Positions 18,312 through 26,466 of a stretch of DNA of 64,000 nt are shown in pieces; within the stretch, counting starts at the first letter, position 1, and the number at the start of each line of letters is the position of its first letter. The position numbers and the translations under genes are program-made. This stretch comes from Paracoccaceae bacterium. Lineage in GTDB: Bacteria > Pseudomonadota > Alphaproteobacteria > Rhodobacterales > Rhodobacteraceae. The DNA lies in assembly GCA_013214575.1 (NCBI GenBank), contig JABSSD010000025.1, positions 468 to 64,467 on the forward strand. The letters run 5' to 3'. Below the pieces are notes generated by a model that was given only the letters and a program-made list of their open reading frames with translations, was not told where the DNA came from and ran no database searches.

Positions 18312-19592
18312 TCAGTAGCCAAGTGTTCTTGGCAGCCACGTCACGATCGATGGGAAAATCAGACAGAGAACCAGAACCGCATATTGGACGGCGACAAATG
18401 GCCAGACAGCCCGGATCAGTTCAGTCATTGGCACTCGCGTCACACCGCTCATGACAAACAGAACAACCCCGACAGGCGGCGTCATCATACCGATCACCAG
18501 GTTGAAGACGAAGAGGAAGCCAAAGAACAGCGGGTCCACTCCAAAGGTCAGTGCAACCGGCGCAAACAGTGGAACCAGCATGATGTAGGCAGCATTGGAT
18601 TCAATGAACATGCCAACAACAATCAGGATCCCCATGACCAGCAGCAGGAAAATCATCGGGCTGGAGGTGACGTTGACCAGGAAGTCGGCGATTGCGGCAG
18701 GCACCATGTCGATGGTGAACAGGAAGGTCACTCCGGCCGCAAAGGCGATCAGTGCGCCAACCATGGCGGCCCCGACAGCGGCCTTGAAAAGTGCCGGAAA
18801 CAGATCCGAGACCTTCAGCTTTTTGGTGACAAAAAAGCCAATGATGACGGCATATGCCACCGCAATTCCGGCGCCTTCTGTGGCCGTGAACACGCCGCCG
18901 ACAATACCACCGACAACAACAATCGGCATCAGCAGAACAGGCAATGCCCGCCAAGTTTCGCGCAGAGCATTGCGCAGGTCGAACGCGTCACCGGTGAGCT
19001 TAAAGCCTTTGCGATACGACAGCCACGATGCCAGCGCCATGAATGCCAGTGTCAGCATGATGCCCGGCACGACACCCGCCATGAACAAGCCACCAACGGA
19101 CACCGAAGATCCGGCCATCAGCGCGTAAACAATCATCGCATTTGAGGGCGGAATGATCGCACCCAGGTTGGAAGCCGAAGCGACCACGGCGGCGGAGTAA
19201 CCGTCGTCATAGTTCTTCCGCATGGCGGGCACCAAGGTCGAACCCAAGGCCGATGCGGAAGCCACAGCGGCACCGGATACCGCGGCCAACATCATACCGG
19301 CAACAATGGAAACATGCGCCAGGCCGCCATGCAGGCGCCCGACAATAGCATTGGCGAAGTCGATCAACCGCTGCATAATGCCGCCAAGGACCATAAGCTC
19401 GCCTGCGAGCATGAACAGAGGGATCGCCATCAGCGGAAACTTGTTCACCGAATGCATCATACGTTGCGGCAGCACCGTTAGCTCGATATCGCCGACCAGA
19501 AGCCCGCCAAGCGAGGCCAGACCAAGGGCGAAGGCCAGCGGTGTGCCCATCAGTGCCAGGGCGAAGAAAATCAGAATAACTGTCAAAGTCAT
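18312..19592 (-). CDS. dctM: TRAP transporter large permease (DctM)
   Basis: ATG at 19592 overlaps the dctQ stop (ATGA). Polytopic ORF of about 426 aa. Confidence 0.9.
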   Translation of the reverse strand: MTLTVILIFFALALMGTPLAFALGLASLGGLLVGDIELTVLPQRMMHSVNKFPLMAIPLFMLAGELMVLGGIMQRLIDFANAIVGRLHGGLAHVSIVAGMMLAAVSGAAVASASALGSTLVPAMRKNYDDGYSAAVVASASNLGAIIPPSNAMIVYALMAGSSVSVGGLFMAGVVPGIMLTLAFMALASWLSYRKGFKLTGDAFDLRNALRETWRALPVLLMPIVVVGGIVGGVFTATEGAGIAVAYAVIIGFFVTKKLKVSDLFPALFKAAVGAAMVGALIAFAAGVTFLFTIDMVPAAIADFLVNVTSSPMIFLLLVMGILIVVGMFIESNAAYIMLVPLFAPVALTFGVDPLFFGFLFVFNLVIGMMTPPVGVVLFVMSGVTRVPMTELIRAVWPFVAVQYAVLVLCLIFPSIVTWLPRTLGY

Positions 19593-20125
19593 GACATGGT
19601 CTCCTCTGACCAGGTCTCGGAGCCACCCCAAACCAACAATAGCAAATGCAGCGTGCTATGGGCTGCGGCGATCAGAACAGCGATATAGTAAACCGCAGCA
19701 GTCAAGTTGATCGTGGGCATCAGTTCAGGCCAGGAATAGACCGTGACCTGGGCACTGAAATAGAACAGTACCAACATCAAGATACAGCCGAGCGCAGCCG
19801 AAAGGCGGAAAAGCCGCTCTTGCAACGCGGCGGAAAACCGGATGACCAACGCATCAATGCCCACATGAACACCGGCGCGAATACCATGAGGGATTGCCAG
19901 GAACATCGCCCAGACAAAGGCCAGCCGAGCGACTTCGTCCGACCAATCGATGGCACTGGCGAAAGCGTAGCGAAAGACAACTTGTGTCACGACAAGCACT
20001 GTCATTACGGCCATGGCGCAGATAACTAGACCCTTGGACGCTGTATCAACATGTTTCAGCAACGTTTTACATCTGTCAAACATGGGGCCCGCCGAAGCGG
20101 GCCCTTTATTCTGTTGGGTAGTCAT
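19589..20125 (-). CDS. dctQ: TRAP transporter small permease (DctQ)
   Basis: 178-aa hydrophobic ORF whose start overlaps the dctP stop (TAATG). Confidence 0.85.
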   Translation of the reverse strand: MTTQQNKGPASAGPMFDRCKTLLKHVDTASKGLVICAMAVMTVLVVTQVVFRYAFASAIDWSDEVARLAFVWAMFLAIPHGIRAGVHVGIDALVIRFSAALQERLFRLSAALGCILMLVLFYFSAQVTVYSWPELMPTINLTAAVYYIAVLIAAAHSTLHLLLLVWGGSETWSEETMS

Positions 20126-21114
20126 TACTGGCCTGCTTCTAACAGGACGGCATCAATAATATCAGCACCAATGCGGCCTTTCAGGTCCTCAATGACAACG
20201 CTGGAACGCGCGCGCAATTCGGCACGCAATTCGTCCGAAATCGGGGTGAACACCATCCCCGACGCGATCAGAGCACCCTTGGCAGAGGCATCTTCTTCCG
20301 CCGCTTTAGTCCGCTGCCAGGCCACTGCCTCGGCTGCAGCCTCGCGAAGAGCCGCCTTGTTTTCATCGGACAGGCGCTCAAACTTGCGCTTATTCACAAC
20401 TAGCGTGATGTAGTCGAAAAAGTGACTACTGTCGGACAGGTAGGTCTGAACTTCGTTGAACTGGCGGCTTGCAATGATTGCATATGGGTTTTCCTGCCCG
20501 TCCAGTACACCCTGCTGCAGTGCCGAGTATACTTCGGAAATGCCCATCGACACTGGGTTGCCGCCGATGGCTCGGAAGGTTCCGATATGGGTTTCATTCG
20601 GCTGCAGGCGAATTTTCAGACCTTCAAAGTCCTCAATTGTTGCAATCGGGCGGGTGTTGTTGGTCACATTGCGCGATCCAAGCTCCATCCAGCCCAAAGT
20701 CTCAAAGCCCTTAGCTGCCAGTTTTTCGCTCAGCAGGTCGCCCACTGTGCCGTCGATGACCCGAAAGGCCGTTTCGCGGTCCGGATAGGCAAAAGGAAGA
20801 GAAACCGCTTCCAGCTCGGGAACCGTGCGGGACAGATATGCCGTTCCAATCCAGGTGCCGAAAATCACGCCCGAGCGGACCTGGTCGACATTTTCCTTGG
20901 CTCCTCCCAATTGCATTGCCGGGAATGTGGCGACTTCGATATTCCCGCCGGTTTTCTGCGCCACCAGTTCAGCAAACATATCAATAGCTTTGGAACTGGA
21001 ATGCTCAGCAGGGAAATTCCCTCCGATTCTCAGCGTTTCCGCCGACAGGGGTGCTGAAACCAGTGTGATCGCAGCAGCCAAGCTGGCGCAAGTGATCTTG
21101 AAATTCAAAGTCAT
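20125..21114 (-). CDS. dctP: TRAP transporter substrate-binding protein (DctP family)
   Basis: 329-aa ORF with signal peptide MTLNFKITCASLAAAITLVSAPLSA. An AT-rich promoter region lies upstream at 21115-21260. Confidence 0.85.
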   Translation of the reverse strand: MTLNFKITCASLAAAITLVSAPLSAETLRIGGNFPAEHSSSKAIDMFAELVAQKTGGNIEVATFPAMQLGGAKENVDQVRSGVIFGTWIGTAYLSRTVPELEAVSLPFAYPDRETAFRVIDGTVGDLLSEKLAAKGFETLGWMELGSRNVTNNTRPIATIEDFEGLKIRLQPNETHIGTFRAIGGNPVSMGISEVYSALQQGVLDGQENPYAIIASRQFNEVQTYLSDSSHFFDYITLVVNKRKFERLSDENKAALREAAAEAVAWQRTKAAEEDASAKGALIASGMVFTPISDELRAELRARSSVVIEDLKGRIGADIIDAVLLEAGQ

Positions 21115-21261
21115 GGGGCCTCCTCCAAGTGATCATGATGAATATCGTGATGAGCCCAGTATTCAACTTCAGACAAATCTTGCAAGATAATTTTTTGTTT
21201 TTTATTATAAATCAACTAATCAATTGTTTTATATATATATTTTGAGAGAGGATTTGGCGAT

Positions 21262-21552
21262 GGGCGTTTTTTTCCTGTAGCGACGGAGCTATAGTCGGCC
21301 ACGAAACCTGTTGAGCGGTGCAGTCGCGGGCGGCAAAATGCTCGGAACTTTTGCCCCCTTGGATTTCAGCAGGGCGTGTGGATATTTACCGTGGAATCGT
21401 ATTTGAAGTTGTGAGGGGCTCATGTCCAGGATGGTTTGACCGGGCGTGCGTGGTCGGCCGTAACTTTGCAGACTAAGGCGGTGTTGTTCACGGATGTGGG
21501 CCAAAATCACCATGTCGTCACGCTGACCCCTCTCATGCATGTAAACATGCAC
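21262..21552 (-). mobile_element. IS3-family transposase (OrfB) fragment, frameshifted and truncated
   Basis: VILAHIREQHRLSLQSYGRPR in one frame, then FKYDST...STGFVADYSSVAT in another (IS3 OrfB N-terminal region as I remember it). No OrfA and no catalytic core are present. Confidence 0.55.
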
Positions 21553-21564
21553 TGCCGGGCAGTG
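21536..21564. repeat. Double palindrome at the IS3-relic / integrase-relic junction, homologous to the 6262-6291 element
   Basis: tgcatgt-aa-acatgca overlapping cactgcc-g-ggcagtg. About 27 of 32 nt are identical to 6262-6293, with a compensatory change in the first stem. Confidence 0.7.
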
Positions 21565-21565
21565 G

Positions 21566-22030
21566 ATGGCTCATCGGGCGCACCCTCTGGTACGGCTGTA
21601 AAGATGGAAGGAGAGCAATGATCCGCTAGCAGCTTATTCTCGTGAATATACTTGCTCACTGCAGCGCTTAGGACGTCCTTGCCGGTATATCTGGGGAATA
21701 CCTAGTCAGACCGCCCTGCGCCCCGTCTTTCAGCCGATTGCAGTGCATCTCGAACAACCGATAGCGAACTACCCGTCAACGGAATAAATCGAGCTGAGAG
21801 GCCGTTTTTGAGTATCCTGCCGTCGGGCTTGATGTGCATCAATGGAATGTCACCATCGAGATATCGCTGCTGGAGCCCGACGATTTCGCTTGGTCGTGCG
21901 TGTCAATCGCAGGGATATTTTGGCCACGGGTAATCAGCGCCTATTTCTCATGGAAATATTCCACCAAATCGGGGCACAGAAAGGCTTCAAACTGGATTCG
22001 TGTGCAAACCTGCCTAGGGCATCGCATATG
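21566..22030 (-). pseudogene. Tyrosine recombinase (phage-type integrase) relic; C-terminal part with frameshifts and a stop
   Basis: Minus-strand frames read ALIT / ARPSEIVGLQQRYLDGDIPLMHIKPDGRILKNGLSARFIPLTGSSLSVVRDALQSAERRGAGRSD*VFPRYTGKDVLSAAVSKYIHENKLLADHCS. A 29-nt insert (21900-21928) breaks the frame after ALIT. The catalytic RHRY tail is missing. Confidence 0.5.
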
Positions 22031-22291
22031 GCCTATGAGCCATCTAATTGATTGAAAATATTTAAGACTAGTACGTGAATCAATCTCGTGCACACGGATT
22101 TGCAATTCACTGTGTCACCACTTCGCATACTTTCATTCTGATTCGGCTAATGATTTTCACTGATCTCGTTGGATAGATGCCAACGCTATGGTGGTAAGTT
22201 TGAAGAGCGCACGAAATCTTGTCCAGTGGTAGCTATGTGGAAGCCAATCAAAAGCACCAATTTAAAAATTTTATCTAAGCCATTGAAAAAG

Positions 22292-22336
22292 TGGTGAGCC
22301 GTTCCAGGTTCGAACCGGAGACCTACTGATTAATAG
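22292..22336 (-). other. tRNA 3'-half fragment (anticodon-stem 3' strand, T-arm, acceptor, CCA); probable att remnant and not a functional tRNA
   Basis: The reverse complement reads CTATTAA-TCAGT-AGGTC-TCCGG-TTCGAAC-CTGGA-ACGGCTC-A-CCA. The T-loop is canonical, the discriminator is A and the acceptor is GAGCCGT-type, which fits tRNA-Lys or Asn (xUU) best. No matching 5' acceptor or D-arm lies upstream. Confidence 0.55.
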
Positions 22337-22340
22337 ACAG

Positions 22341-22680
22341 ATGGTTGCCGAGAGCGATGCCGCTGGAGCAACCGTTCCGTTGGTATCAATACAGCATGGG
22401 GTGCCAACCAGCCGAAAATATTCTTGGCGAGGTGATGCGCGGTTTCAGCCAAGCGAAGTTGAGACGCTTGGCTTCACGCCTATTGAGGTGCTCGACGCGC
22501 CCAAGCTTAACGACAATGATCACCTGCTGTCCGAGGCACGGATTGAGATCACGATTGAGAATGGGCGCAAGCTGTCCATCAGTAATGGCGTTGATGCGGG
22601 CTTTGTTCTGGAGCCGACGCGGGGACTGGCGGCATGATCCCTATGTCAACGGATGCGAAGATCTGGCTGGCGTTGGTCTC
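22341..22680 (+). mobile_element. IS66-family fragment: 5'-truncated tnpA (Orf1) plus the first ~15 codons of tnpB
   Basis: VAES...ATVPLVSIQHGVPTS..SWRGDAR...ARIEITIENGRKLSISNGVDAGFVLEPTRGLAA*. An overlapping ATGA then starts MIPMSTDAKIWLALV (canonical IS66 TnpB start MIP...WLA), after which homology stops. Confidence 0.6.
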
Positions 22681-22681
22681 A

Positions 22682-23208
22682 AATGTGGTTTCATCTTCGT
22701 AGATGCTGACTGGCTTTTCACCATTGCCACCGCTGTCCTTATTGTCCGATTTCAGCATAAGCCTTGACCCAGGCTTCTCTTCTTGCCGGTAGATGTAATG
22801 GTCGAAGGTGTCTTCAAAGTTATTTGGATGCCCATCTTTGATTAGGATCTTGTCGTATGAAAAAGGCCAAATGATCTGTTCAACGCCGTTAGGTCGCTGA
22901 TAGCGAAAGCGAACTGTGTCATCATCTTGGAAATCAAGTCCTTAGACCAAAGGATGACCGACGAGCACCGTGGCAGCAGAGTCACTGGGTTCGGAACCCG
23001 GTACGAGCTTTGACAGGAATCGACCAACCAGAGTCTCGCGGGAGTCGCGGCTCTTTAGGGCTTGATCCAACAAACGACGAGCAGCCTCTACTTCAGAAGG
23101 AAGACCTTTATCTTTTTGAAATTCAACAATTCTCTCAACAAGCTCTGTTGGGAGGTCGTAAACACGACGCTTTGTAGTTGGTGTTTCGTCCTGCTTGTCG
23201 TCGTCCAT
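22682..23208 (-). pseudogene. Hypothetical gene with a ribbon-helix-helix-like N-terminus, interrupted by one in-frame TAA and 3'-truncated by the IS66 fragment
   Basis: The 88-aa track ORF contains RRVYDLPTELVERIVEFQKDKGLPSEVEAARRLLDQAL. The same frame continues past the TAA at 22942-22944 as GLDFQDDDTVRFRYQRPNGVEQIIWPFSYDKILIKDGHPNNFEDTFDHYIYRQEEKPG... Confidence 0.45.
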
Positions 23209-23274
23209 GGCACCCTCTGATTACCCTCCCCTGTCAGATATATTGTTACATGTCGTGTTGATAAGGCGAAACTG

Positions 23275-23520
23275 GTGTATACATTTGTGTCACATTGGAG
23301 CGCATCAACAAAGGATACACAAGATGAGCCCTTACACTCAGAACAGCGCGCGTCAGTCCGATATGACCCGCGTTGGGCTGATCTGAAATCTGACCTAGTG
23401 GCAGAAGTGGACGCATGGGGTGTTCCGGCTGGGATGAAATCCCGAGTTGATACAATCCGTAAGTTGTTGAAGATCGCTCTCGAAATGGAAGGTAATCCAG
23501 CCGAGGCAGGCCGGTCATGA
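23275..23520 (+). CDS. Small ribbon-helix-helix (CopG-like) protein of the decayed island
   Basis: SVRYDPRWADLKSDLVAEVDAWGVPAGMKSRVDTIRKLLKIAL. The start codon is uncertain and the stop overlaps the next ORF (ATGA). Confidence 0.4.
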   Translation: MYTFVSHWSASTKDTQDEPLHSEQRASVRYDPRWADLKSDLVAEVDAWGVPAGMKSRVDTIRKLLKIALEMEGNPAEAGRS

Positions 23521-23726
23521 ACCTGCCGATGAATATATCGTTCGCTCACCTCCCGGCCACATATGAGGCTGCGAAACCGGCTTTAGCTGAATGTCAGCAG
23601 GCCGACGAGCGCAACGCCTGGTCAGACAAGGCATCGACGCTGGAGTTCTATGCCAGGCTCGCTGAGGATGATGAGCTCGAAAAGATTGCCATGCGCCTCC
23701 GCGGCAGGTCTATCCGACGGATTTAA
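23517..23726 (+). CDS. Small phage/island hypothetical protein, possibly truncated
   Basis: 69-aa ORF AKPALAECQQADERNAWSDKASTLEFYARLAEDDELEKIAMRLRGRSIRR. It resembles small prophage proteins of Rhodobacterales from memory only. Confidence 0.35.
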   Translation: MNLPMNISFAHLPATYEAAKPALAECQQADERNAWSDKASTLEFYARLAEDDELEKIAMRLRGRSIRRI

Positions 23727-23784
23727 TTCGTGACGACTATATCAGACGCGCGTCTGAGTATATGATGAAGCATGGTAGCTGATC

Positions 23785-23997
23785 ATGACTGAAATCGCCC
23801 CCCTCTTGCCAGAATATGCAACGTCAGAAGAGTTGGCGGCACATTTCGGCACGAGTGATCGGTGGGTTCGGAGCAAAGCGCGGGAAATCGGTGCCTGCTG
23901 TATCATGGGCAAAAAGATGATTCATCTGCGGCACCATGTCGAAATGCTCCTGGAGGAACTTCAGCCATGCCAGTTAAACTCTACAAGCGCGGCATGA
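23785..23997 (+). CDS. Small HTH protein, excisionase/AlpA-like
   Basis: 70-aa ORF TSEELAAHFGTSDRWVRSKAREIG, immediately upstream of and overlapping the integrase start. Confidence 0.4.
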   Translation: MTEIAPLLPEYATSEELAAHFGTSDRWVRSKAREIGACCIMGKKMIHLRHHVEMLLEELQPCQLNSTSAA

Positions 23998-24995
23998 TCT
24001 GGCACTACCAGGGCACAGTCGCCAAAAGGCGATTACGAGCAAGTACGGGCACAAGTGACAAAGCAATCGCGCAAAGGATTGCAGCGGAAGCCGAAGCAAA
24101 ACAATGGCAAAGTCATCTCGATGGGCCGGGGGCGAACGTGACATTCTCCCAAGCAACCAGAGAATACATGGAAGCAGAAAAGTCGATGCGGTTCGTTCTG
24201 CCTATCTTGGACTATTGGAAAGATACCCCGATCCGCGAAATCTCGGCAGGTGCAATTAAGCAATCGGCGTTCAAGCTGTACCCGGACGGCAAGCCTGCCA
24301 CCCGAAATCGCCAGGTCATAACTCCGACTGTAGCTATTATTAACCATGTAGCTGAACTTGATTAGTGTAACCCCATCAAGGCGAAGAAATTCAAGGAAGG
24401 TGATCCGAAGCGCAAAAATCCGGTGGACCTAGAATGGGTGGAAGCGTTCGTGAACCAGGCACTTGCTGACGTCCTGCCCCATCTTGCGGCGCTTTGTGTG
24501 TTCATGTTTGGAACCGGTGCGCGGGTAGGTGAAGCCACAGGACTTGTTTGGTGTGACATGGACCTGATGAACGAGACAGTCACAATCAATCAAGGCAAGA
24601 CGGACTCTGTCCGCACTTCCCACATGCAAAGTGCAGTTGTGGTGGCGCTAGCCAATATCGGCGGCAATCGCGACCCCGAGGAAAAAGTGTTCGGATACGC
24701 CGGAACGGGTTCGGTCAGCAAAGTCTGGCGCAACGTAGTGGAACGGGCCGGGATCAAACCATTGAGCGCCCATTCCTGCCGCCACGGCTTTGCAACTATG
24801 ATGTTGCGGGAAGGATATGACGTAAAGACAGTTGCCAAGCTGGGTGGCTGGAAAGACTCCGTGACCGTCTTGAAATACTACGCTCACGCGCTCGATGATC
24901 CGACCGTGACAGACGCTCTTTTTGGCACAAAACCGACACAAGAGGGCAATGATAGTTCGATAACTACCCGTAAACAAACAGGAAAACAAGCATGA
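23966..24995 (+). pseudogene. Tyrosine recombinase/integrase interrupted by a single in-frame TAG (24363-24365)
   Basis: Track ORFs 23862..24365 and 24423..24995 are in the same frame. Read through, they give ...VAIINHVAELD*CNPIKAKKFKEGDPKRKNPVDLEWVEAF...FMFGTGARVGEATGL...HSCRHGFATMMLREGYDVKTVAKLGGWKDSVTVLKYYAH, containing the R..HxxR..Y catalytic set. Confidence 0.75.
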
Positions 24996-24998
24996 CCC

Positions 24999-25022
24999 AC
25001 ACCCTTCGTTGGGGAAGGGTGT
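24999..25022 (+). terminator. Hairpin just after the integrase stop (9-bp stem)
   Basis: acacccttc-gttggg-gaagggtgt read directly. Confidence 0.45.
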
Positions 25023-25344
25023 CCCACCGACAGAGCTAGGGCGCGGCGAGGCGTGCAATAGGGAAAACGACGGAATGCGGCCATCCTTGGATCAATTGCG
25101 ACGCAGAAAGACCACGATCGGAAACATGATGCCACCGACAGACCTCCGGCGATCCCCTTGTGGCTACCCATCTCGGGCTTCAGCCCCGGTCCCATCCGGC
25201 GAGGAAACATGATGCCCCCTTTGTCGGCGAAGTCAGCTGTGACGCCGGTGCCATATCCCTAGCGAGACTGCGGCCAACGGCATTGCAAACAGCCACTGCG
25301 GCGTGGTCTGTGTGGGTAAGGGATTTGCAAGCGGGTGTTTTGGG

Positions 25345-26385
25345 ATGAGCAGACTGGCAATGGTGACCTACTCGGTTGCGCTGATGCTGATGATGGGCTG
25401 GCTACTGACAGTGGGTCAGTCGATTCTCCTGCCTGTTCTGGTGGGGGTCATCGCGGTCTACATCCTGACCACAGCTGCCGAGGCACTGGTGCGGGTGCCG
25501 GTGCTGGGCGCGTTGCCACGCCGCTGGCGTCGGCTTCTGGTCCTACTGGCCTTTACCGCAGCAGTGCTGGTGCTGGCGGCCTTTATCACCTCAAACGCCG
25601 CCGCAATTTCTGGTGCAATCCCGGGATATGCTGAAAACTTTGATGTGTTGCAGGCAAAGTTTGTGACCCTGATCGGGGTACATGAGTTACCCAGCTGGGC
25701 CAATCTGGGCGAGCGAGTGCTGGATCTTATTGATGCCACAACCCTGATGCCAGCGGCGATCGCCACCATCAGCAACGGTGGCACGGTCGTCGTGGCGGCG
25801 GCCTTGTACGCCGTTTTCATCCTCGCCGAGCTGGACAACCTGCCAAACAAGACACGCCGCGCGATGGGCGACCACAAGCAGGCCGAGCACACATTGGAGA
25901 TGGCGCGCCAGATCAACGAAAAAATCGGTGGCTATCTGGCGGCCAAGACGCTGGTCAATGTGATCCTAGCCTTTGTATCTTATGCGATCCTGCTGTTGCT
26001 CGGCATCGAACAGGCGGCCTTCTGGGCCATCCTGATCGGCTTGCTGAACTACATTCCCTATATCGGCTCGATCATTGCGGTGATGTTCCCGGTCACCATG
26101 AGCCTGGTTCAATTCGCCTCGTTCTCACATGCTGCCATAGCGCTGGTGACGCTGATGATACCGCAGCTTTTGGTGGGCTATTACATCGAGCCGAAATTCC
26201 TTGGCCGGTCGGTCAACCTCAGCCCATTTACGGTGCTGTTGTCACTGGCAATCTGGACCGCGCTATGGGGGTTGATGGGGGCGATATTGGCAATTCCACT
26301 GACCGCAATGGTGATGATCATCCTCGCCGAGATCCCCAATACCCGCTTTATCGCCGTGATGATGTCTGAATCGGGCGATCTGTAA
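25345..26385 (+). CDS. AI-2E family transporter (PerM/UPF0118)
   Basis: Polytopic ORF. The ATG at 25345 (MSRLAMVTYSVALML) is preferred over the track GTG at 25303. Typical C-terminal block AILAIPLTAMVMIIL. Confidence 0.8.
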   Translation: MSRLAMVTYSVALMLMMGWLLTVGQSILLPVLVGVIAVYILTTAAEALVRVPVLGALPRRWRRLLVLLAFTAAVLVLAAFITSNAAAISGAIPGYAENFDVLQAKFVTLIGVHELPSWANLGERVLDLIDATTLMPAAIATISNGGTVVVAAALYAVFILAELDNLPNKTRRAMGDHKQAEHTLEMARQINEKIGGYLAAKTLVNVILAFVSYAILLLLGIEQAAFWAILIGLLNYIPYIGSIIAVMFPVTMSLVQFASFSHAAIALVTLMIPQLLVGYYIEPKFLGRSVNLSPFTVLLSLAIWTALWGLMGAILAIPLTAMVMIILAEIPNTRFIAVMMSESGDL

Positions 26386-26466
26386 CGGCGCGCTTGGGGC
26401 TGGCTCCCACCGGCTGGCGTGGCTATTAGGGGCGTAATCGCGCCCGCGCCCATTTGGAGCCAACAG

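Noticed and set aside
18270-19145. 291-aa His/Asp/Gln/Asn-rich plus-strand ORF
   Set aside because: It is the complement of the hydrophobic DctM coding sequence. Its odd composition is the mirror image of membrane-protein codons.
22292-22367. An intact tRNA gene on the minus strand
   Set aside because: Only the 3' half folds (T-arm, acceptor 3' strand, CCA). The 26 nt upstream give no complementary 5' acceptor strand or D-arm and instead belong to the IS66 tnpA fragment.
24363-24365. In-frame TAG in the integrase (and TAA at 22942) as programmed recoding such as pyrrolysine or readthrough
   Set aside because: No pyl genes or recoding signals are seen. The second case uses a different stop codon. 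Both genes sit among obviously decayed mobile-element fragments, so simple nonsense mutations are the economical explanation.
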